DNA of 64,000 nt from Candidatus Sericytochromatia bacterium (GTDB taxonomy: Bacteria; Cyanobacteriota; Sericytochromatia; S15B-MN24; UBA4093): positions 32,001 to 96,000 of the forward strand of contig JAKFBU010000073.1 in assembly GCA_036676985.1 (NCBI GenBank), in the 5' to 3' direction. Numbering within the stretch: position 1 is the stretch's first letter; each line of letters begins with the position of its first letter. Positions 61,501 to 64,000 of the stretch are shown piece after piece. Under the pieces are notes generated by a model. That model searched no databases and was not told where the DNA came from. It saw only the letters and a list, made by a program, of their open reading frames with translations. The position numbers and the translations under genes are program-made.

Positions 61501-61752
61501 TTAGTGGATGAGGCGCTGGGCAAGCACGAGGCCGGCGTCAGTGAGCGCCACCTTCTGGCCGAACGTCAGGGTCTCGACGTAGCCCTCCCGCTCCAAGAGC
61601 GACACGAGCTTCTTGGTGCCCGCGTAGTCGAACGACAGCTCGCGCGCGACCTGCGAGATGTCCAGCTGGTAGGTCCGGAGGTCGCGGCACATGCGGAAGA
61701 TCATCTTGATCAGGGCCTTGGCGGCCTCCTCGGCGGAAATAGACGGTTCCAT
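61501..61752 (-). CDS. Small winged-helix-like hypothetical protein
   Basis: ISQVARELS...LVSLLEREGYVE...VALTDAG; SD GGAGG. Confidence 0.65.
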   Translation of the reverse strand: MEPSISAEEAAKALIKMIFRMCRDLRTYQLDISQVARELSFDYAGTKKLVSLLEREGYVETLTFGQKVALTDAGLVLAQRLIH

Positions 61753-61797
61753 GGCCCCTCCTCCCGATCGCGACGACAGGCTACCAGGGTAGCCCCT

Positions 61798-62601
61798 TCA
61801 TGCCTCGCTGGATAGCCCTCCGGATCCGCCGGCCGGGTCCAGGCTCGGGGCCAGGGCCTCGCGCTCGTCGAACACGAAGCAGTCCCCCCGCCAGCCCGGA
61901 GCCTGCGTCTCCTCGAAGTACTTGAGGATGCCGCCTTCGAGCTGGTAGACGTGCTCCAGGCCGAGCCCGCGCATGTAGAGGGCCGCCTTCTCGCAGCGGA
62001 TGCCGCCCGTGCAGTAGCTCACGACCGTCTTACCTTCGAGCTCCTGGCGATGGGCCTCAACGGCCGCCGGAAAGTCGCTGAACTTCTCGAGCCGCCAGTC
62101 GATGGCGCCCGCGAAGGCCCCGTGATCCACCTCGAAGGCGTTGCGGGTGTCGAGCGTGACGACCTCGCGCCCCGCGTCGTCCCGGCCCGCCGCCAGCCAG
62201 CGCGCGAGCGTCTCGGGGCGGACCGAAGGGGCCCGGCCCTCGGCCGGACGAATGGTCGGGTGGTTCATGCGGATGATCTCGCGCTTGATCTTGACCTTGA
62301 GGCGCTTGAAGGGAACGTCCTCGCTCCAGCTCTCCTTGGGCTCCAGGGCCTCGAAGCGGGGATCCGAGCGCAGCCACGCGACCCAGCCCCGGACGTCGTC
62401 GGGAGCCCCTGCCAGGAACAGGTTGATGCCCTCCGCGGCGAGGAGCACCGTCCCCTTCAAGGAGCGTGCGGCCGCTTCAATCAGCGCCCGCTCGCGCAGG
62501 GCGTGGGGATCCGCGATCGCCACGAAGCGATAGGCCGAGATGTTCAGGACGGGGCGCACGACGAACCTCGCGAGCAAAAGGGGGGCGCCTCCAGCATACA
62601 C
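61798..62601 (-). CDS. trhO: Rhodanese-domain UPF0176 protein (tRNA U34 hydroxylase TrhO-like)
   Basis: LKGTVLLAAEGIN, LKVKIKREII, LDTRN.FE..G.F, YCTGGIRCEKA, QLEGGILKY, CFVFDER; true start probably about 62559. Confidence 0.8.
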   Translation of the reverse strand: MYAGGAPLLLARFVVRPVLNISAYRFVAIADPHALRERALIEAAARSLKGTVLLAAEGINLFLAGAPDDVRGWVAWLRSDPRFEALEPKESWSEDVPFKRLKVKIKREIIRMNHPTIRPAEGRAPSVRPETLARWLAAGRDDAGREVVTLDTRNAFEVDHGAFAGAIDWRLEKFSDFPAAVEAHRQELEGKTVVSYCTGGIRCEKAALYMRGLGLEHVYQLEGGILKYFEETQAPGWRGDCFVFDEREALAPSLDPAGGSGGLSSEA

Positions 62602-62686
62602 GACGGACCGTCAGAACGCGCCCGGCGCGGTGGTATGCGGTATGCTGGCAGCACCGCCTCCCCCCTAGACCCACAGGTATCCCATC

Positions 62687-63055
62687 GTGAAAGCCAAGCA
62701 GATCATCGTCATGCGCCGGAAGTACCCCTCGGGAGTCAAGCTCCGCCGGGGCAAGGAGATTGCCCAGGGCGCCCATGCCTCGCAATTGGCCACCCAGATG
62801 GCCGCCGAGCTGAACACGCGCGCCTACCAGGAGTGGGTGGCCGGGCCCATCGCCAAGATCTGCGTCTACGTCGAGACCGAAGAGGAGCTCGTGGCCCTCG
62901 CCGACCGAGCGCGGGAGGCCGGGCTGCCCTACGCCCTCATCACGGACGCGGGGCATACCGAGTTCCACGGCGTCCCCACCCGGACGGCGCTCGGCATCGG
63001 GCCCGCCTACCCCGAGGAGCTCGATCCCATCACGGGGCACCTGCCCCTCTACTAG
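62687..63055 (+). CDS. pth2: Peptidyl-tRNA hydrolase type 2 (archaeal/eukaryotic type)
   Basis: KQIIVMR, GKEIAQGAHAS, KICV, DAGHTEF, TALGIGP, ITGHLPL. Confidence 0.9.
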   Translation: MKAKQIIVMRRKYPSGVKLRRGKEIAQGAHASQLATQMAAELNTRAYQEWVAGPIAKICVYVETEEELVALADRAREAGLPYALITDAGHTEFHGVPTRTALGIGPAYPEELDPITGHLPLY

Positions 63056-63222
63056 GGTGAGCCCCGGGCCCCGATCGGGTATACGAACCCCTGCCTGCCA
63101 CTCAGCTCAAGGAGGGTTCATGGTCCGCGGCATTCACGGCCTATTCTGCGAACCGCGCTAAACCAAGGGCTCCCAGGCCTAGCCACCCCGCTCGTTCTGG
63201 CCCTGCCAGGAAAGGATTCCCC

Positions 63223-63624
63223 ATGTCCGACACCACCACCCGCACCGGCATCTCGCACGTCGGGATCGTCTCCATCAACGTGCGCGACCTCGACGCGGCG
63301 ATCGCCTTCTACACCACCAAGCTCGGCTTCGACAAGACGACCGACGCCCAGATGGGGCCCGGCGCCCGCTGGGTCGAGGTGACGCCCCCGGGCGCCCAGA
63401 CCCGCCTGACGCTCATCGCCGAGGGCAACCCCGCCTTCGAGCCCGACCGGATCGGCAAGAACATCACCAGCACCTTCGAGGTCGTCGACTTCGAGGCCAC
63501 CTGCGCCGATCTCAAGCGCCGGGGCGTGACCTTCCGCGTCGAGCCCTCCCAGGAGCCCTGGGGCTGGTGGGCCGAGATCCTGGACCAGGACGGCAACGTC
63601 CTCGGCCTGCACGCCAACGCCTGA
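63223..63624 (+). CDS. VOC / glyoxalase family protein
   Basis: V.DLDAAIAFYTTKLGF, RWVEV.PPG, PWGWWA.I.DQDGN. Confidence 0.9.
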   Translation: MSDTTTRTGISHVGIVSINVRDLDAAIAFYTTKLGFDKTTDAQMGPGARWVEVTPPGAQTRLTLIAEGNPAFEPDRIGKNITSTFEVVDFEATCADLKRRGVTFRVEPSQEPWGWWAEILDQDGNVLGLHANA

Positions 63625-63663
63625 TGCGATCGCGCCCCCCGGAATCCGGGGGGCGCACCTGTT

Positions 63664-64000
63664 CTAATCGGCGGGGCCGTGCGGCACCTGATACTGCAAG
63701 TTCATGCGGCCCGCGCTCGGCGGCGGCGTCTCGTCCGGATGGCCGAAGGCCATGAGCGAGACCATCTCCAGGTGCTCCGGCAGCTTGTAGTGCGCGCGAA
63801 CCTCGTCATGGTCGAAGTGGTGGACCCAGCAACCCGCCAGGCCCATCTCGACCGCCTGGAGCATCATGTGCTCGCCCGCGATGCCGGCGTTCACGAAGGC
63901 CCAGTCCCGGCCCACCTTGAGCTCGAAGGGGCGGCCCGCACCCGAGCGCATCTGATCGAAGCCCGCCCCGGGGGCCTTCAGCATGGCCTCCATCTGCTGC
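63664..64000 (-). CDS. Nitroreductase family protein (3' part; starts beyond the window)
   Basis: NAGIAGEHMMLQAVEMGLAGCWV..FD, L..FGHP. Confidence 0.85.
   Translation of the reverse strand, partial: QQMEAMLKAPGAGFDQMRSGAGRPFELKVGRDWAFVNAGIAGEHMMLQAVEMGLAGCWVHHFDHDEVRAHYKLPEHLEMVSLMAFGHPDETPPPSAGRMNLQYQVPHGPAD

Overview
GC-rich bacterial chromosomal window with two parts. About 1-13.7 kb is a housekeeping core: partial polA, rsmI, hemB, glmS, ychF, yebC, DksA/TraR-like, DUF896, an SLT, an HNH nuclease, a candidate 6S RNA and a degenerate chlorophyll-synthase-like UbiA protein. About 13.8-64 kb is an accessory mosaic of lipoproteins (SBBP/NHL/Kelch/lysyl-oxidase-like), PAS histidine kinases, two RND efflux operons (HAE1-like and CzcCBA-like), small regulator-enzyme modules and several gene remnants. 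I found no tRNA, rRNA, CRISPR array, integrase or transposase. TolC/RND and lipoproteins indicate a diderm; the gene style suggests a non-photosynthetic cyanobacterial relative such as Ca. Sericytochromatia, which is an unverified inference. The most notable observations are (i) a ChlG/BchG-like prenyltransferase with eroded catalytic Asp motifs that shares an 11-bp-periodic TTAA promoter box with the adjacent lytic transglycosylase, (ii) a membrane TPR protein with about 7 tandem MshEN-like c-di-GMP motifs, (iii) an effector-like pentein (deiminase-fold) protein and (iv) an unannotated ~185-nt rod-shaped RNA. All family assignments come from motif recognition by eye; no database search was run.
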